Positions 61,655-64,000 of a DNA stretch of 64,000 bases are shown here, piece by piece. Position 1 is the first letter of the stretch; the number at the start of each line of letters is the position of its first letter. Under the pieces are notes generated by a model. It was not told the DNA's origin and did not search any database. It saw nothing but the letters and a program-made list of their open reading frames with translations. Where the stretch lies: assembly GCA_963734535.1 (NCBI GenBank), contig CAVTHS010000010.1:64001-128000 (forward strand), read 5' to 3'. The DNA comes from an uncultured Chloroflexia bacterium. GTDB taxonomy: Bacteria; Chloroflexota; Limnocylindria; Limnocylindrales; CSP1-4. A program made the translations under genes and the position numbers.

Positions 61655-62283
61655 CGGTTCGACTCCGGGACTGCCGCCGCGGCGGGCTTCCGCACGTTCG
61701 TCTGGCGCAGGTTGTAGACGGCTGCCACGATCCCGAGGATCCCGACCAAGGCGGCCGAGATGTAGCAAAGCGGGAGCGCGAGGTCAGGGTTCGACGACGA
61801 GACCAGGAGCTTGACGATCCCGGGCAGGTGCGCGCCCGTCAGCTGGGTGCCCTGCACGCCGATGAGGTACGGCCCGATGTAGAGCGTGGCGCCGACGGCC
61901 AGGAGCGCGATCTGCCACTGGTAGCCGCGCCGGTCCCCGTCGCCCTTGGTCATGAGCTTGATCAGGAGCACCGCGAAGGCGCAGACGGCCGCGATGCCGC
62001 CGGTGACGGGGAGGGTCTGGGCTGTCACCACGTCCGGGTAGAAGAAGATGAAGCTGCCCAGGAAGACCTGGACCGTGAAGATGTCGCGGATCGCGACGTA
62101 GATGATCCACCACAGGTCGGCACCCAGGCGGAGCGTGAACTTGCTGGTCGCGGTGGCCATGTACGGTCGTCCGAGGTGCAATGCCAGCACCAGCAGCCAC
62201 AGGACGACGAGGGCGGCACCGATGGTGCCCTCGACGAACGCCTCGCCGGCACTGAACAGACCCGATACCTGGTCGGGCGTCAT
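61651..62283 (-). CDS. Unknown ~5-TM membrane protein (paralog A)
   Basis: LHLGRPY...FTLRLGADLWWIIYVAIRD; AGGAGGT SD; ATGA overlap with the oxidoreductase stop. Confidence 0.85.
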   Translation of the reverse strand: MTPDQVSGLFSAGEAFVEGTIGAALVVLWLLVLALHLGRPYMATATSKFTLRLGADLWWIIYVAIRDIFTVQVFLGSFIFFYPDVVTAQTLPVTGGIAAVCAFAVLLIKLMTKGDGDRRGYQWQIALLAVGATLYIGPYLIGVQGTQLTGAHLPGIVKLLVSSSNPDLALPLCYISAALVGILGIVAAVYNLRQTNVRKPAAAAVPESNR

Positions 62284-64000
62284 TGGAGATCACCTCCTGC
62301 GATCGACTGCGTCGTCGCGGGCGCGAACGACGGGGTTGGGACCGGGTGGATGGCCTCGTGGGGCCCGCGGCCGGTCAGGACCGAGACGCTTGGGCAGCCG
62401 TAGACGGCGTCGCAACGGAAGCAGCGGGACGCCTCCGAGCGGGCGACGTCCTCGGCGAAGCCGGCCTGCGTTGCGGCGAACGTTCCGAGCTGGACCACCG
62501 GGAGCGGCGGGTGCGCGCGCGGCCGGGGCGCGAGGTCGAGCGACAGCGAGCGCTCGGGCCTGGTGGGATAGCGGACCGCGGCCATGATCTCGGCCTCGCC
62601 GTCCGGGGAGCCGGCCAGGTACTCGTGAATCGAAGCCGCTGCGCGCCGTCCGGCTGCGACCGCGTCGATGATCGTCTTGGGCCCGGAGACGACGTCGCCG
62701 CCGGCGAAGATCCCGGCACGGCCGGTGGCGAGCGTGCGGGGGTCGGCCACGATGCCGGCCCAGCCGCTGACCTCGATGCCGGCTCCCTCGGGGAGGATGG
62801 ACGGATCGGGCTCCTCGCCGATCGCGACGAGGATCGTGCTGGCCGGGACCTCCCGGATCGCGCCGGGGACCGCGGCGTAGACGGGGCGGCCGCGCTCGAC
62901 CTGGCCCGTCGGCCGCTGCTCCTGGACGCGAAGCGCCATGACGGCTCCCTCGCGCCCGACAACCTCGGTCGGGGCAAGCCCGGCAAGGATCGTGATCCCC
63001 TCGCGTTCGGCCGCTTCCACCTCCTCTTCCTGGGCCGGCATGTCACCCCGGCCGCGCCGGTAGACGATGCTCACGGAGTCGGCGCCGGAGCGCCACGCGG
63101 AGCGAGCGGCGTCCATGGCCGTGCTGCCGCCGCCGACCACGATGACCGGGCCCGACAGGCGCGGATTCTCGCCGAGGTTGACCTCCTTGAGGAAGCGTGT
63201 CGCCGGGATCACCCCGCGCGCGTCGTCGCCCGGGACTCCGAGCCGCCGGCTCTTCGAGGCGCCGGTCGCCAGGAAGACAGCCTTGAAGCCCTCGCGCTCG
63301 AGGTCGCCGAGCGTGAAGTCGCGGCCCATCGCGGTGTCAAGGCGGAGCTCGACGCCGAGCCCCACGATCCGCTCGATCTCCTCGCGGAGGACGGTCCTGG
63401 GAAGACGGTACTCAGGGATCCCGATCGCCATCATCCCGCCCGGCACCGGCATGGCCTCCATGACCGACACCGAGTACCCGAGGCGAGCGAGGTAGTACGC
63501 GGCGGACATGCCGGCGGGGCCACCGCCGACGATCGCGACGCGCTCCGCCCGCATTGTCGCGGGCCTGGCGACGGCCGGGAGCTTCCCGTGCTCGACCGCG
63601 AAGCGCTTGATGGTCCTGATCGAGATGGGCTCATCCAGCGTCCCGCGCCGGCATGCCGACTCGCACGGCGCCGTGCAGATCCAGCCGCAGACGGACGGGA
63701 ACGGGTTCACCTCCGCGGCCACCGCGTAGGCGTCGTCGTACCGTCCGGCCGCCACGAGCCCGACGTAGCGGCCCGCGTCGGTGCCGGCCGGACACGCCTC
63801 CTGGCACGGCGCGATGGGCGATGCGGGGCCTTCGGTGACCATCGACTGCCACACCTGCCACGGCTCCGGCCGCGAGCGGGTCCGCCAGGTGAAGAGGTCG
63901 CCGAACGGCGAATCGTGAACGGGCTTGAGCGCTTCGCGAGTGACCGCGGAGAGCGGCACCCAGCCGCCTTCGTCGGCGGCCGGCCGCTCGATGGGGCCCT
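62280..64000 (-). CDS. GltD/NfnB-like FAD- and Fe-S-dependent NAD(P)H oxidoreductase (5' end beyond the window)
   Basis: APCQEACP, NPFPSVCGWICTAPCESAC, IVGGGPAG, GIPEYRLP, VGGGSTAMDAAR, YRR, FAGGD, EASRCFRC; frame stays open to position 64000. Confidence 0.92.
   Translation of the reverse strand, partial: GPIERPAADEGGWVPLSAVTREALKPVHDSPFGDLFTWRTRSRPEPWQVWQSMVTEGPASPIAPCQEACPAGTDAGRYVGLVAAGRYDDAYAVAAEVNPFPSVCGWICTAPCESACRRGTLDEPISIRTIKRFAVEHGKLPAVARPATMRAERVAIVGGGPAGMSAAYYLARLGYSVSVMEAMPVPGGMMAIGIPEYRLPRTVLREEIERIVGLGVELRLDTAMGRDFTLGDLEREGFKAVFLATGASKSRRLGVPGDDARGVIPATRFLKEVNLGENPRLSGPVIVVGGGSTAMDAARSAWRSGADSVSIVYRRGRGDMPAQEEEVEAAEREGITILAGLAPTEVVGREGAVMALRVQEQRPTGQVERGRPVYAAVPGAIREVPASTILVAIGEEPDPSILPEGAGIEVSGWAGIVADPRTLATGRAGIFAGGDVVSGPKTIIDAVAAGRRAAASIHEYLAGSPDGEAEIMAAVRYPTRPERSLSLDLAPRPRAHPPLPVVQLGTFAATQAGFAEDVARSEASRCFRCDAVYGCPSVSVLTGRGPHEAIHPVPTPSFAPATTQSIAGGDLQ

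Noticed and set aside
1-64000. CRISPR arrays, IS elements, prophage or defence systems
   Set aside because: No regularly spaced repeats, transposase, integrase or phage structural motifs were seen, apart from the lone DUF4280 gene.

Overview
Very GC-rich bacterial core-genome window; gene content and order suggest Chloroflexota, probably Limnocylindria-like (inference). Most genes are on the minus strand. Left part: smc(partial)-rnc-acpP-nusB-asp23-plsX-rpmF-yceD-coaD-rsmD-recG-DAK2/asp23, rpmB, dtd-rpe-rlmN-fmt-def, priA-gmk-rluD-lspA-ileS. Middle: LCP, ilvE, a cation antiporter/TauE cluster, rpsF-ssb-rpsR, a small accessory patch (REC-CpaE protein, orphan DUF4280/PAAR-like gene, lipoprotein) and eight tRNAs with htpX-lemA. 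Right part: SBP-secG-gpmA-tpiA-whiA-yvcK-rapZ-tatAC-pyrF-TolB-like-recJ-secDF-uvrC, a tandem 5'-nucleotidase and a compact UvrD helicase. The right edge holds the 3' end of an operon in which a GltD-like FAD/Fe-S oxidoreductase is translationally coupled to two paralogous unknown ~5-TM membrane proteins; this is the best candidate for an undescribed system. Many genes, especially at 38.8-52.1 kb, carry frameshifts that look like consensus errors. Other notable points: a GVHH-motif IleRS2, an Rpe C-terminal fusion, candidate CTG/ATC start codons and many leaderless-type promoters. All calls come from reading motifs by eye; no searches were run.
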